The position numbers and the translations under genes were made by a program. DNA of 64,000 nt, from the sequence record MG752970.1; one strand, given 5' to 3'. Below are positions 49,001-58,293 of this stretch, piece by piece; the stretch's first letter is position 1; every line of letters begins with the position of its first letter. The notes beneath the pieces were generated by a model. That model saw only the letters and a program-made list of their open reading frames with translations, had not been told where the DNA came from and did no database searches.

Positions 49001-50670
49001 TCCGGTCTATCATTTGGAACTTTAGTAACGTGTCCGTCATGATGCTTGATTACGTTATAACCAAGCTTCATATCAAATTCAATTGACGGCACCGTAGGCA
49101 TCATCATACCAAATCTAGGAAGCGATGATGGCCATCCAATTATTCCAGATGTTGTGTCAATGAAAACATTGTAATCATTTCTCTGTGCAACCGCTTCTCT
49201 GAATTTCAGTTGCAGTGTATCGTATGCAGGATCAAGCGTATTTGACAGCACACCAGAGAATTCTATTCCTGTATCTACTATATAGTCGGCAATATTTTGG
49301 GTTACGAATTCATTGACGGCATTAATTAACTGCTCATACTGATATTCTGCAAACTTCATGAGAGTAACAGGAGTAATGTCTTCTTGGCTCATAAGACCAA
49401 TAAAGATACCCAAGTTGCCTTTGAAATCTTTGATTGTTCCACCCATTCCGTAATATGGAGTGAGTGTTCTAAAATTGTTAGATCCGTATGGATTGCCTGT
49501 TAAATGTGGCTGAGCCTTAATAATCGTTATGAAGTGAGCGTATAAATCTCCATACGAAATTTGCTTACGCACCTCATGTTCAGTGTTATAAAAGATTGGA
49601 TCTGGGGTCTTCCACGTTCCTGTTGAATCTGCATCAGTACCAGTTGGAGCCGCATTAACAAGATTTCCCTGCGAATCTGAGTTAAAGAACTCCGGAACGA
49701 AATACGTTATTGGACCGGTGTCTGATCCTGTTTTCCAAATGGTGTGTAGTGAATTATCACCGAGCGTCTTGTACATGTACAGACGATTCTCATCGTCTGA
49801 GATACCGATTTTGAACATGTAATCGCTGAACGTGTTAATTACCGCTCTGAATTGCAAATCAGCATCAACCGGAGCAGATGAGTCTTCGCTGTAATAAATG
49901 ATAGGTGACACTTTTCCAGAATATGTTCCATCCATGCGATAGATGTTGAACATTGGTTTCTGGTTAAACTCGGTTTTTGTTTGAGAGTATGTAGTAACCC
50001 CGGTTCCATTCAAAATAACAGGAATTCCATTGGCGTCAAAACGCGCATTCAATTCCAAATCGGCAGCATACTCAATAATAGGACGAGTAGCCTGAATGGT
50101 AGAGTTAATGCTGTATCCCAATGTAGAGACATCATCTTCGTGGACCCAATAATTGGTAGCCGTCCAATCATTTACTTGGAATCCAGGTTTCATTACGTAA
50201 TATTCTGGTTTCTTATTTGGATTCCATGGCATAACGCCTGATTGGGTTACAAGATGTCCGTACCAACGGTATTTTGTGAAGTTGCAAAACTTATCCAGGT
50301 CGATAGGTGGAACAAAATTATACGATGCCGTCTTTCCCCATCTTGCGTAATCGTAGATATCTACACCGATCATTTGCAGCTTTCTGAGTATCTCAGCAAA
50401 CGTGGTCACAACCTGAGTATTACCATATTCCAAATAGAAGACAGGTTGAAGAGCATTCAGCGTGCGATCATTGTCAGCATGCTCAATATAGTAGCTGCTT
50501 CCGATCTTATCGCCTACCCATCCAATTACGTGACTCGACTCATCCTTGGTGAGGAATCTATTGAATAGGTTGTTCATCAGAGATGTCATAGTCTTAGTGC
50601 GGAATCTCTCTGGTAGCTTCTCACTAAGGTCTAGGAACGAATTGTTGTAATCACTCAGATTGTTTGTCAT
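43048..50670 (-). CDS. giant (2540 aa) virion structural / baseplate-associated protein
   Basis: uninterrupted ORF between baseplate wedge and sheath genes; TAAATA box 50710-50715. Confidence 0.75.
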   Translation of the reverse strand: MTNNLSDYNNSFLDLSEKLPERFRTKTMTSLMNNLFNRFLTKDESSHVIGWVGDKIGSSYYIEHADNDRTLNALQPVFYLEYGNTQVVTTFAEILRKLQMIGVDIYDYARWGKTASYNFVPPIDLDKFCNFTKYRWYGHLVTQSGVMPWNPNKKPEYYVMKPGFQVNDWTATNYWVHEDDVSTLGYSINSTIQATRPIIEYAADLELNARFDANGIPVILNGTGVTTYSQTKTEFNQKPMFNIYRMDGTYSGKVSPIIYYSEDSSAPVDADLQFRAVINTFSDYMFKIGISDDENRLYMYKTLGDNSLHTIWKTGSDTGPITYFVPEFFNSDSQGNLVNAAPTGTDADSTGTWKTPDPIFYNTEHEVRKQISYGDLYAHFITIIKAQPHLTGNPYGSNNFRTLTPYYGMGGTIKDFKGNLGIFIGLMSQEDITPVTLMKFAEYQYEQLINAVNEFVTQNIADYIVDTGIEFSGVLSNTLDPAYDTLQLKFREAVAQRNDYNVFIDTTSGIIGWPSSLPRFGMMMPTVPSIEFDMKLGYNVIKHHDGHVTKVPNDRPDLMANIAAEKRLRSDGTKTQGTIGQDLPIRPYKNQFWYDPVARILKSFDVISDQSVAPSGAKPGDFWYSRSTDTLYQYDGAAWNSRPEEMAWKKISISNIFASLLLSLEQRLYRQVGFFTTFGTSLLKWNAAQYQALMPTQFNTLLENQFAQFASKYNQDAYGTDFLPSDAFTWNYHNATIPGVAQGTARWYDIYEQYYGTPRPNLEPWKLQGYTTQPSWWNDLYSGVSKPSPGLNYSTGLYIQEVPSVVWDITHNYGYEPIVRVFDEDGYQIWPDGVDHVSEDRVKITFTSARTGVAKLLLTLEASQKQGTGRMWTDQMWYDIRHNTTPGHPAPTGAWTKPFSVNTQTDELLPPYVSPTSSLSSEALLNSIPSGASDRYTFGENGPIELIWRKSIEFNYDNVIVSFLLDPINFVEKTWGHNPTVMSTNGYDVDRTYHRKDSHVNMVLHGELIKRDPFFSGDQHVQVIENMFDSSAFFELQLLYVYPTATSFSGVFALRKNNTIVAYMMGNSGIYVEGSNAISFRFYDGAYDMLVGTKISVVGTATNMTVPTTKPMLGLCQWYVNLNRYNSVDTTISKNNSLLRNWTAKLGYRVGGLLDTEALTMRSDTFDLIRADHTFVIKNNKYVADSWLDAIRVQVGRTGAMKMQNGLSAPDHQGQDWIFKIQTFNPKHPSIKYYELDTSGPYTTFKAFDGVNVTDEYKKFTNTLDVKEIPTPFVVRGIQNLVNFIFGYVAKLEEDGWQFSSFEDSRIDPATGRYVDWQFYIEKFLNALYTGAKPGDALLMNPFAQKVWFNTPSGVVSGFTHKSFIDGSASQYVYDILGRSIRPERMRILREDKQTKFISDVPMAGMHLLLDKYEHVVIFDDYSGDITASHLLYDGFLGLRIPRLYMDITRQSEFTGRLSFGGYYIQGNEVKKNIEQSVKGLQNFYDFDNMYYGSESQNAATGLLGFSRKSYMDDLDIPLKSQFGYWKGLVSNKGSNFSLTAFLNSARFIDAKLDEFWAYKVADYGDARILEFPEIKISVDDANEKAMKLQFLDDGDTLNPGFIGITKTDDDRWFSLDDIKDSRYYFEAEVLGYVEFDNIVPGILYDLRDEDGNEIFTDHLEIYLKSDLNKNLLITGTDYDYVNASTVRFRDSMAGQNVIARCWGPARPEFNPAKLIDYQDKVIVSDIQLWDPARGAHTFSAAGNIDVTGATDPARYNYSTKIVSNKSYDPLRSWDSDQVGKVWWKTDNLGYIPYFDRKIYPNIDARIATWGSIADWASIDVYQWTESTVSPADYEAQTGVTGRASLKDVYFRERSWTSTPIAWKYADFPESAPRSFTASGEARIKLTNHDLGEAVAILSENRWSTFGLTTGSQFAGMNSYDQPFGTAQITGSEGYIIGSSSDYFSPDMMSGTFLSNLHVVGSTTANSLGNTIGPIVFTSETVGSDLYIRATSMLTSLSQSVKVVDTPNLQGAQVAMNFYELGVMIVGNTMYDWTQTGYTTSAQRIAAVAADFGNANHDVIIRTQVPVTIIDPFVLNGAAVDELNAIGDGLSTYWAAWKQPTAADIAADLLAPKNKWEPVYGVGTVVNAGPFIVNLIKSEISNPLITSDGTQIKKYSYKWGDWSVLKDDVREVKFDKSSGFYATHFTYTADQLKQRINVYVNGSIVNVSDWKIINNAVTITKNVNLGDKVRVIVRKYVPTSDDLAFNPDLLPDFDDPSKTIQYKEDYQYTVREIRDENGRVTKTLYYFWVSDKTVAEGNKTLSIKNVAQQLRNNTNPFAIFASFTAQGPLPHRYKAFVTIGLNRFVTRDNFYKLRFTNNFILRDNPNEMDLKNKHAEWSLMRRAQLTKIPKKLWDKLTDTIVGSDAFGNSVPSLERRTYDLKHSTNSRFGFEDDQALLDKDQAIETIKYTIMNTQLVVENTGHTDYIEFLDLTNIDSYFVDAATTRETMTRIYNEAKGRQINEIMFNVLEDMLTSNYEMTDIFKTSFIAAYSIRTLNSSIA

Positions 50671-50723
50671 GAAGAATCTCTTGAAACCAAATATTGGATT
50701 TGATGAGATTATTTATGGCGAAA

Positions 50724-50750
50724 CGGGAAGGTGAAAAATCACACTTCCCG
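50724..50750 (-). terminator. hairpin, probable terminator
   Basis: CGGGAAG...CTTCCCG after wedge gene. Confidence 0.5.
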
Positions 50751-50775
50751 GTTAGTTTTGATGAAAAACGAAAGC

Positions 50776-53700
50776 TTAGATGCTTTGTCTAATAATTGAT
50801 GGACTTAGAGAGTCTACAATCTCAATGTCAGTCAGTTGCGCACAAGACTTGAGAATCTCATCATCTCCTGAATCAACGGTAAACAGTGATCCAAATGTGG
50901 TTGATGAGAATTGTGGAACAATAACAACCGACAAAATTTCAGTTGGTAGTTTCTGGTGAATCAACGATAGAAGTTCTGTCGCGTAGAAAGTTGCACCAAA
51001 TTCCCAGTTTTCAACTTTGAAGTACTCGTTGATTACATCAAGCACTTCGATTTTGATCTGATCATCTGCCAATGTTGCCGTTGTTGATTTAACGATCTTA
51101 AACTTGCCACGCAGTTGCGGATCTGATTTATCACCAAATAGCAATTTAAATTTACCAGAATGCATGACAACAGTGTCAGAGATCATTTTAGTCGTCAACA
51201 AATCTCTGTAAGTGTTTCTCAATTCCAGTGGAGTTTCTGGCTGAGGAATATCCGTCGTTATGTTTGCTACGTAATCGCTTACGCTCTTGTTATAACCTTG
51301 CGTAATAACAAAGATGTCAATAATGTTGGATGTAGATGGATCAATTAGATTCGTATATGGTGCATAGTGCGTCCATAGGAAATCTAATCCATATCTTCCC
51401 AATCTACGAGAATACAGGCCATCGTTAGACTCCAAATTTTTACCAGAGAAGCGAGATACAACAGAAGGAATAGGATCAACAATCGTATGAGTGTAATCTC
51501 CATTCACCTTAAAATACACGTAGTCAAAATTTGGTCCAATTACATTTGCAAAATTAGAAAACTGAATATTGCTGTCTGGCAGCTTGTTTCCATCAAGCGT
51601 TGCACTGTATTGGTCAGTAGGAAGAACTTGTAAAGCGTTCGTGTTGACAACACCGTTGTCATATTGAATTGCTCCAACTACGTCGTATACTTGATCCTTC
51701 GCAATAGCGAATGTTCTATCTCTGTTTAAATTCGATTTCAAAATGAATAGACTATCAGCAACCACTTTCTTGGTATCAGAGTCAATGAGAGTCTGAGAAT
51801 CATTGTACCAGAATTTTGTTGTTTGCGATTCAGCCACCAATTGAAGATCTCTGTACGTAACCGTCCAGCTTAGAATATCGCCCAATGTATTCGTGTTTCT
51901 TTCAACATAGAACATCCAAGAACTGTCTGCTGTAGAAGATGCCGTCGTCAGATCAAATCTGCTAGAAGTGTCCAGGTTAGTCCCAGAGATGACTTCAAAT
52001 TTTCCATTGAGGTTATACATAGATGTAACCAGAGAGGAACTGGAGGCTATTCTGATGACGAATGAATCACCTGGGTAAAACAGAGTGCTTCCTTGATAGA
52101 TCGTAAATGAGAACGAATTATCCGAAGCAGTAAATACCGAGTTATTGGTAGCCTGACCGTGATCACCGGTAACATTTCCTATCACATTGAAAGTTGATAC
52201 TCCCTCTGTAGACGTGCTCACGCAGGAAATCGTCAAAGTTTCAGCAACGATGTTAGAATACGAATTAAACACAATGTTGCCGGTTCCAATCATAGAGGCA
52301 AGACGATTAAATCTAATTCCAAATTTTGGTTCATCTGCTACAGTTTGGAGTCCTGATGGCAAACCACCATCAATCTCCACGCCATTTACGCATCTTGGGA
52401 GATCAGATTGATAAATCTTGGTGTCAGTATCACTTGCCACTTCACCATGAATAACGCCGTTAATGCTTACAAACTCTGTTGGTTCACCGTACCAATGACG
52501 ATCTAATTTTCCCTGAATTAATGTCTTCTCTTGATTGCCAACATTAAAATCTTCAATGAAGGATGTTCTGCTTCCGTAAACCACATCCTTAGTTGGATGT
52601 ATCATGCTAAATGTTATCGTATCACCAGCAACGAAGGCAATTGATCCTGATCCAATCAGAAAATTAACTTGTGGCGATACGAAAGAAATTCCGGCCGTGG
52701 CAGTACCAAGCATTCCTGAGGTGGAACCATTTACCGTAAACTGAGTAGAACTAATAGCTGTCAGCGTAATTGTTTGTTCGATGGTGTTAACGCTTGGTGT
52801 AATGTTGGTAATTGCACCATTACCAACAGAAGCAAAAACTGGGGCAGTATTAGTGAAATTAGTTACACCGATATACGAGAACATATTGACAACGCCAGGA
52901 ACTGCTAGCAATGGTTCTATAACGGAATCAATAAGAACACGCGAAGACAATGTGGTAGTGACTGAATTTACCTTCATGTCGTAGTACAATGCTAAATCAT
53001 TTCCAAAGTGTTTGATGTTCTGGTAAGCACCAGACGCATCGTTCCATTCAATGTATTTTGGCTGTCCAGCAAATGTTCGGTTGACTGCCTTCAATTTTAA
53101 AATGCTTGGATCACGAAGCATGTACGTGTTATAGTCCTCTCCGTTTACCATTCTATTTTGTGAATAGTATGTGGATGGTGCTACACGTCTAATGTGCTCG
53201 ATGTCTTCAGATTGAGATGAGTTTTGAATTGCTGACACCGCCGAGAACGTCATCGTTGCGGACTCATCGATACCAAAGCGAGTGTTATACGTCACGTTCA
53301 TTGGAACGCTGTTAATTCTATTCTTCTGAATTACAATGTTCTTGTTAATGGACTGACGAACCCACAGATTAAATTGTCCAACAGGAATATCAGAGAAATT
53401 ACCATCACCAAAACGTACCAAGATTTTATCGTTTTCTTGGGTCTTGATTTCAAACTTCTTACGATTCATATTCGTTGAGAAGTACAGGTTCTGTCCGTTA
53501 ATGGTATCAGCCTTAGACCATTTCTCCAGAATTTCCCCACTAGAATCCACTTTATTCAACCACACGTCGGTGTTGTTGATATTTTGCAGCGTTACTTGAT
53601 ACGAATTGTTTGGTAGTGATTGTGAAAAATTGATCTCGATTTTCGACAGAGTTCCTTGTTTGGTATACATCAAGAACCCTGTCATGTCTGATCCATCCCC

Positions 53701-54420
53701 TTGACCATCATCGGCATACAAAATTGTCATCTGCTGATTAATGTCTGGAGCACGCTCAAATGGTCCACTTCCATCTAGATCCGATGGAACAATTTCCATC
53801 TGCAAATTATCCGTATTGGTCTGAATTGAGTAGCTGAAAACACCGTTTGGTAGTGAACCAATTTTGTTGTTCAGTGTGTACAGTTGGAACGCAACATCGT
53901 CAACGTTGAATGCTTTTGTTGGCTGACCAACCGGACGAACAAGCAAACGATTCATCACTAGGAAGAATTGTTCCTTCCACAGAGAATTATTAGGATCGTT
54001 CCATGTAATCAATCTTCCTGCAAGATTATTGCCGATAGAGTCGATAACCGTTTCAGTTGTACTGATAGTCTTGATCTTTACCAATCCTCTGGCTGGCAGG
54101 TTTCTAGTTGCATTGTATGAAATAAGATCGACCATTTTAAGAATGGACTGCTTTCGCTCAGCAACCGAAATGGCCATTTCATGCGTAGCCATATCGATTC
54201 TATACGACAGTTCTTCAGCAACGTACGCAAACAATTCAATGATTGCAACCAATTCTGAGGTTTCAATATAGTCATTGAATGTTTCAGGATACGCGATGCG
54301 CATATAATCCAGCAATGATTGCTTTACAGATTCGTAATCAAAACTAGAAAAATTGATGTTCTTAAATGCGCTGTAGATGGTGTCCCATGATTCAGCGTAG
54401 TAGATGGTTTTTACTGACAT
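50776..54420 (-). CDS. gp6: baseplate wedge protein (T4 gp6-like, extended)
   Basis: DYESVKQSL..FND..SE..IELFAY..YRID..A.R..I..ISY; EDIEHIR..AP..QNRMV..EDY; TAAATA box 54455-54460. Confidence 0.8.
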   Translation of the reverse strand: MSVKTIYYAESWDTIYSAFKNINFSSFDYESVKQSLLDYMRIAYPETFNDYIETSELVAIIELFAYVAEELSYRIDMATHEMAISVAERKQSILKMVDLISYNATRNLPARGLVKIKTISTTETVIDSIGNNLAGRLITWNDPNNSLWKEQFFLVMNRLLVRPVGQPTKAFNVDDVAFQLYTLNNKIGSLPNGVFSYSIQTNTDNLQMEIVPSDLDGSGPFERAPDINQQMTILYADDGQGDGSDMTGFLMYTKQGTLSKIEINFSQSLPNNSYQVTLQNINNTDVWLNKVDSSGEILEKWSKADTINGQNLYFSTNMNRKKFEIKTQENDKILVRFGDGNFSDIPVGQFNLWVRQSINKNIVIQKNRINSVPMNVTYNTRFGIDESATMTFSAVSAIQNSSQSEDIEHIRRVAPSTYYSQNRMVNGEDYNTYMLRDPSILKLKAVNRTFAGQPKYIEWNDASGAYQNIKHFGNDLALYYDMKVNSVTTTLSSRVLIDSVIEPLLAVPGVVNMFSYIGVTNFTNTAPVFASVGNGAITNITPSVNTIEQTITLTAISSTQFTVNGSTSGMLGTATAGISFVSPQVNFLIGSGSIAFVAGDTITFSMIHPTKDVVYGSRTSFIEDFNVGNQEKTLIQGKLDRHWYGEPTEFVSINGVIHGEVASDTDTKIYQSDLPRCVNGVEIDGGLPSGLQTVADEPKFGIRFNRLASMIGTGNIVFNSYSNIVAETLTISCVSTSTEGVSTFNVIGNVTGDHGQATNNSVFTASDNSFSFTIYQGSTLFYPGDSFVIRIASSSSLVTSMYNLNGKFEVISGTNLDTSSRFDLTTASSTADSSWMFYVERNTNTLGDILSWTVTYRDLQLVAESQTTKFWYNDSQTLIDSDTKKVVADSLFILKSNLNRDRTFAIAKDQVYDVVGAIQYDNGVVNTNALQVLPTDQYSATLDGNKLPDSNIQFSNFANVIGPNFDYVYFKVNGDYTHTIVDPIPSVVSRFSGKNLESNDGLYSRRLGRYGLDFLWTHYAPYTNLIDPSTSNIIDIFVITQGYNKSVSDYVANITTDIPQPETPLELRNTYRDLLTTKMISDTVVMHSGKFKLLFGDKSDPQLRGKFKIVKSTTATLADDQIKIEVLDVINEYFKVENWEFGATFYATELLSLIHQKLPTEILSVVIVPQFSSTTFGSLFTVDSGDDEILKSCAQLTDIEIVDSLSPSIIRQSI

Positions 54421-54491
54421 GAAGTCCTCAGTGGATATTCTTTTTCAATACGAGTATTTATTGACTAAAAGATTCGTCCCCGGGACATGAA

Positions 54492-54518
54492 AAAGCCGAG
54501 ACCTGATATCTCGGCTTT
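54492..54518. terminator. intrinsic terminator
   Basis: AAAGCCGAGA-CCTGATA-TCTCGGCTTT. Confidence 0.65.
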
Positions 54519-54585
54519 ACTATTACTGAGCGATAATAGATATCTGCGTTGCGCAGCTACATCAATATTTATACACTGTTCCGAT

Positions 54586-54963
54586 TCATTTATTTGCAAA
54601 TTCGAGATGTAAGGTGTCAACAATGTCAAATTCTATATATCGCAGTGTTGCCACGGCTACTATTGCATTATTGTCTATAAGTGGCACAACTGACAGATCC
54701 AAGAGCTGCACACGAGGATCATAGTCGAATACCATTCTCAGATCCTTTTCGATAATAGCGTGAACTTGAGCATCGTTCTGATCGAATACCATGATAGGTA
54801 TTCTTGTACCAAAAGCCGGCATCATGCAACGCTCACCAACTATTGTGTAGATATGATTAAGTAAATCCTCTTTAACACATTCCATATCACGAATTATAAA
54901 CGTTCCTTTATCTTCGTAATTGCGAGATGAGAATCCACGGTAAATGTTCTGCTTTTTGGCCAT
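54586..54963 (-). CDS. gp25: baseplate wedge subunit gp25/GPW-like
   Basis: YRGFS..DLLNHIYTIVGERCMMPAFGT..YDPRV; start refined to MAKKQ. Confidence 0.9.
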   Translation of the reverse strand: MAKKQNIYRGFSSRNYEDKGTFIIRDMECVKEDLLNHIYTIVGERCMMPAFGTRIPIMVFDQNDAQVHAIIEKDLRMVFDYDPRVQLLDLSVVPLIDNNAIVAVATLRYIEFDIVDTLHLEFANK

Positions 54964-56090
54964 TATGCTTTCCAATTAGAATTTCTTTTTGTGGCTGAAG
55001 CCGGTCTCTGCCAAGGCTCTTTATTTGGGATGACGGATGGACCCGCAGCACCACTTGCCATATCCGCCTGAGAATCATCAGAGTTAAGATGAATCTGACT
55101 TCCAGTATTTAAGATACAACCACCTGCATTATTCGCTATAGATCCAGTGGCTGTTTGATAGATAGATCCACCCGCTAGATTCATGATGTTGTTTCCAGCA
55201 TCCAGAGTTATACAACACTCCGATTTAATGTTGATACCTTCCTTCCCTTGAATGTTCACGTATCTATCTGCGGCTATGTTGACATCCACGCCAGATCGCA
55301 TTGAGATGGATTGGGCTCCGAAGAAATGAATATGGCCGTCTTGATCCATTTCAAACCATGCGTTACCAGCTGCGGTTGAAATGTAAATTCTCTCATTGGT
55401 ATCATCCAAGATTGCCTGCATACCACCAGCGGTTCTCAGTCTTATTCTACAATTGTCGGGCGAATCAGACAGTACAATCATGTTATGACCTGGTGTGGTG
55501 AGAGCAACCGTCTGACTCTCAAGCTCACCACTTACTGGGTTTTTTGCATACCCATCGGTACCGTCTTTATCCGTTTTTGCCTGGGCTATCGCTCGTTCCT
55601 TTCCTCTAGTTTCATATTGAGTACCGGAACCAAGTCCTGCCTTCTGCAGATTTCTCTTAAGTGGCTGATATTCCTCAAAAGAATCCGTCCACGGTCCTGG
55701 CTGTCCAGAATCATCCGTATTTCTTCCAGCTGGTAGTGATCTGTTGGTTTGAGTTGGGAACAAACAACCAGTCCACACTCTCAAATTTGGATCACCATTG
55801 ATGAATATGACAATAACCTCCGCACCAATTTTCGGAATTGCCCACAACCCATAACCATTTGGCCCATAGCTTATCTCACTTTCAGGTCCAGATGGATAGT
55901 TCGAAATAACACCACCGAAGGGCGTGCAATATCTAGCCCATGGCAGGTCCTCAATAGCGGTATCCTCAAAATCAATTGTAGGACAAAATATTTTCAATCT
56001 TCCATTTTGTAATGGATCACTTACAGATTTAACAAAACCAATAGTTGGCTTTGAAAAATCGCGATCTCCTAATAGATTACTATGCACCAT
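54963..56090 (-). CDS. baseplate spike, gp5/VgrG-like (OB-fold + beta-helix)
   Basis: DPLQNGRLKI..LPWA..P.IGAEVIV.F.NGDP..W.G; T.GH..LSD..RIRL..G..MDQDG; C-term PNKEPW. Confidence 0.8.
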   Translation of the reverse strand: MVHSNLLGDRDFSKPTIGFVKSVSDPLQNGRLKIFCPTIDFEDTAIEDLPWARYCTPFGGVISNYPSGPESEISYGPNGYGLWAIPKIGAEVIVIFINGDPNLRVWTGCLFPTQTNRSLPAGRNTDDSGQPGPWTDSFEEYQPLKRNLQKAGLGSGTQYETRGKERAIAQAKTDKDGTDGYAKNPVSGELESQTVALTTPGHNMIVLSDSPDNCRIRLRTAGGMQAILDDTNERIYISTAAGNAWFEMDQDGHIHFFGAQSISMRSGVDVNIAADRYVNIQGKEGINIKSECCITLDAGNNIMNLAGGSIYQTATGSIANNAGGCILNTGSQIHLNSDDSQADMASGAAGPSVIPNKEPWQRPASATKRNSNWKA

Positions 56091-58293
56091 TTTTTGCCAC
56101 CTGTGATCCTGAACTTACGTCCATTGCGGTAAGGTATAGCTTCTGAATGAAGCTTCCACCGCTGAATATGTTTTCAATTTTGGTTCCCATATACCAACCA
56201 GTGTACCAGAATGGTACATCATATTTAGGGTTTTCTGGTGTTGAATCTTTCGATTTTGAATAGATGTTAATTTTCACCAGCAATGGGAAATTCAATTTGT
56301 AATCTTTAATTGTCTTAGACCCCGCGGCCCCTTCGAAAACTTTACGAGCCTCATCATTTATTTGCTTCATTTTTTGCTCGTATGCAGCGTTGTCGTGAGG
56401 ATAGATCGTTGGAATAATGCTGTCCATTAGATCTGGGTTACCTCTAATTGTCACACTAGTGTCAATGGAACTGAGAGCGGCAAACTGTGAAAGTGCTTGC
56501 ATGAATATTTGGGTTTCAGACATTTTTGTGTCACTCTGTACAGCCGTATTCCCTTTCTGGTTATCAGTTGACAACGTACTTGTATAAACTGGTGAATACG
56601 TGTTTATGTCATTTACTGCAGGATTCTTTTGATCAGAATCTGCTGGTGCTTTTCCATTTACAGGATCCGTTGCTGCAGCCGGTTTTTGTCCATCACTCGT
56701 CGATCTATTGATGTTTCTATTAAGCATCAATGCACCATGGATTAACTTCATATCGAAATGTATGATGTCACTATTCTTTCCAGAGAAAATATAATCATAC
56801 ACGTATCCGATTTCATCATACTTATCTTTTGTAATTTCCTTAGTACCAATGATTGTCTTTCCATTGTTGTCAGATGAAATTTTTGGAACAAAAAGATCGT
56901 TGATGTCTACGTGATATGTAACGGTCTCACTGTCACTCGTGACATTAGAAACTATTCTAAAAAATTCCATGTCATTGAAAGTGATCTTGCTTCCATCAAT
57001 CTTTGCTTTATCCGCAACTCTTTTAGCAATGTTTGGACAACGCTTTAGCATTTCCTTAATTGTCTGGTAAATGGTCATGTGAACAGACATATTGAAATAT
57101 GTCTTACCATTTTTTGTCGGTGCTGGCGGATCCGCATGTTCTGCGGCTTTTGCGTCCTGATTGGTAGATGGAGTAGCAGATTGCTGTCCAACATTTGCTT
57201 GTTGTGTATCTCTTTGCGCCTTAAGCTTTTCAACCTGATCCGTAATTGCAGTTATGTTTTTAGCCAGTTCAGCATTATTAGTCTGCAGTGTTTGAATTTG
57301 CGAGTCCACGTCTGGTGATTTATTCAATGCCTGAAGCTTTGTGATCTTCGCATTGTTACTCTCCATTTGAGACTGATATTGCGCTTTCTGCGTGTTTAAT
57401 CTGGTAATTTGATGATCTGTCTGCTGCGCGGAAATACTTTGAATACCCGACTGCTTCACAACCTCAACATTTGGATTCTTTCCTTTAGGAAATTTTTGTT
57501 CATCGTAATTATCATTTGTAGCAGAATCAATAACGTAATTGTCCCAGGATGTGGGAGTGTTAAAGTGATACCGAACTTTTCTTCCGCCAGAAGCTTTAAC
57601 CTTGCTGTACTCTTCTTCAAGTTCGTCGTTAAGCTTCTTTTCAAATGCCTTTACCATATCGGTAAGTTTATTTCCAGTGATAGCAAGAGCCCGATTACGC
57701 TTCACGTATCTTGTCTCAAATGTATCGTTTACAGGACCACCTCCTATACACACAAATGAAATGCTGTAGATACCACCGCTTTCATCCAATGTGGCGGTAA
57801 GATCAATCATCTGCATGTAAACATCACGGGTGTGAACACTTTGATCAGTGTTTCCATCTGGAGTTTGACCAACAAAGAAAATTTTCAGTCCAAAGACGGC
57901 ACCATTAGCTGATGTTTTTAACGTATCATTGAAGATCGATTGAAGATCATTCATGAAATTCACGCCACCAGGTTCTCTAACAACCATTCTAATAGGAGCA
58001 GCGATAATGAGTGCACCATCGGACGGATTACCACCGTAATTTGTGGTGTAGTTAACAGAATCTATGGTGTAAACTGAATCAATCATGGTGTTTAGCACCA
58101 CTGTAACCACATCAGTTGGTTTCGGACCTGTACGTATCAATGACCCAGAACCGCGGTTGTAAAAGCTGTCAAATCCACTATTTGCGGACGAATCGGTGAG
58201 AGTGCTAAGTGTCTCAGTATTGTTAGCAGCGTAAAGCAGAAAATGATATGAACAAGATTCAAACTTGTCCAATGGGTTGATTGGAAATGACAT
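56080..58293 (-). CDS. probable baseplate hub/tail protein with coiled-coil insert
   Basis: position between LysM and gp5-like genes; YDYIFSGKN, TIRGNPDL, IENIFSGG.F.Q.L. Confidence 0.55.
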   Translation of the reverse strand: MSFPINPLDKFESCSYHFLLYAANNTETLSTLTDSSANSGFDSFYNRGSGSLIRTGPKPTDVVTVVLNTMIDSVYTIDSVNYTTNYGGNPSDGALIIAAPIRMVVREPGGVNFMNDLQSIFNDTLKTSANGAVFGLKIFFVGQTPDGNTDQSVHTRDVYMQMIDLTATLDESGGIYSISFVCIGGGPVNDTFETRYVKRNRALAITGNKLTDMVKAFEKKLNDELEEEYSKVKASGGRKVRYHFNTPTSWDNYVIDSATNDNYDEQKFPKGKNPNVEVVKQSGIQSISAQQTDHQITRLNTQKAQYQSQMESNNAKITKLQALNKSPDVDSQIQTLQTNNAELAKNITAITDQVEKLKAQRDTQQANVGQQSATPSTNQDAKAAEHADPPAPTKNGKTYFNMSVHMTIYQTIKEMLKRCPNIAKRVADKAKIDGSKITFNDMEFFRIVSNVTSDSETVTYHVDINDLFVPKISSDNNGKTIIGTKEITKDKYDEIGYVYDYIFSGKNSDIIHFDMKLIHGALMLNRNINRSTSDGQKPAAATDPVNGKAPADSDQKNPAVNDINTYSPVYTSTLSTDNQKGNTAVQSDTKMSETQIFMQALSQFAALSSIDTSVTIRGNPDLMDSIIPTIYPHDNAAYEQKMKQINDEARKVFEGAAGSKTIKDYKLNFPLLVKINIYSKSKDSTPENPKYDVPFWYTGWYMGTKIENIFSGGSFIQKLYLTAMDVSSGSQVAKNGA

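Noticed and set aside
54963-56090. Absence of a lysozyme domain in the gp5-like spike
   Set aside because: Common among non-T4 myophages and VgrG-like spikes; not unusual.
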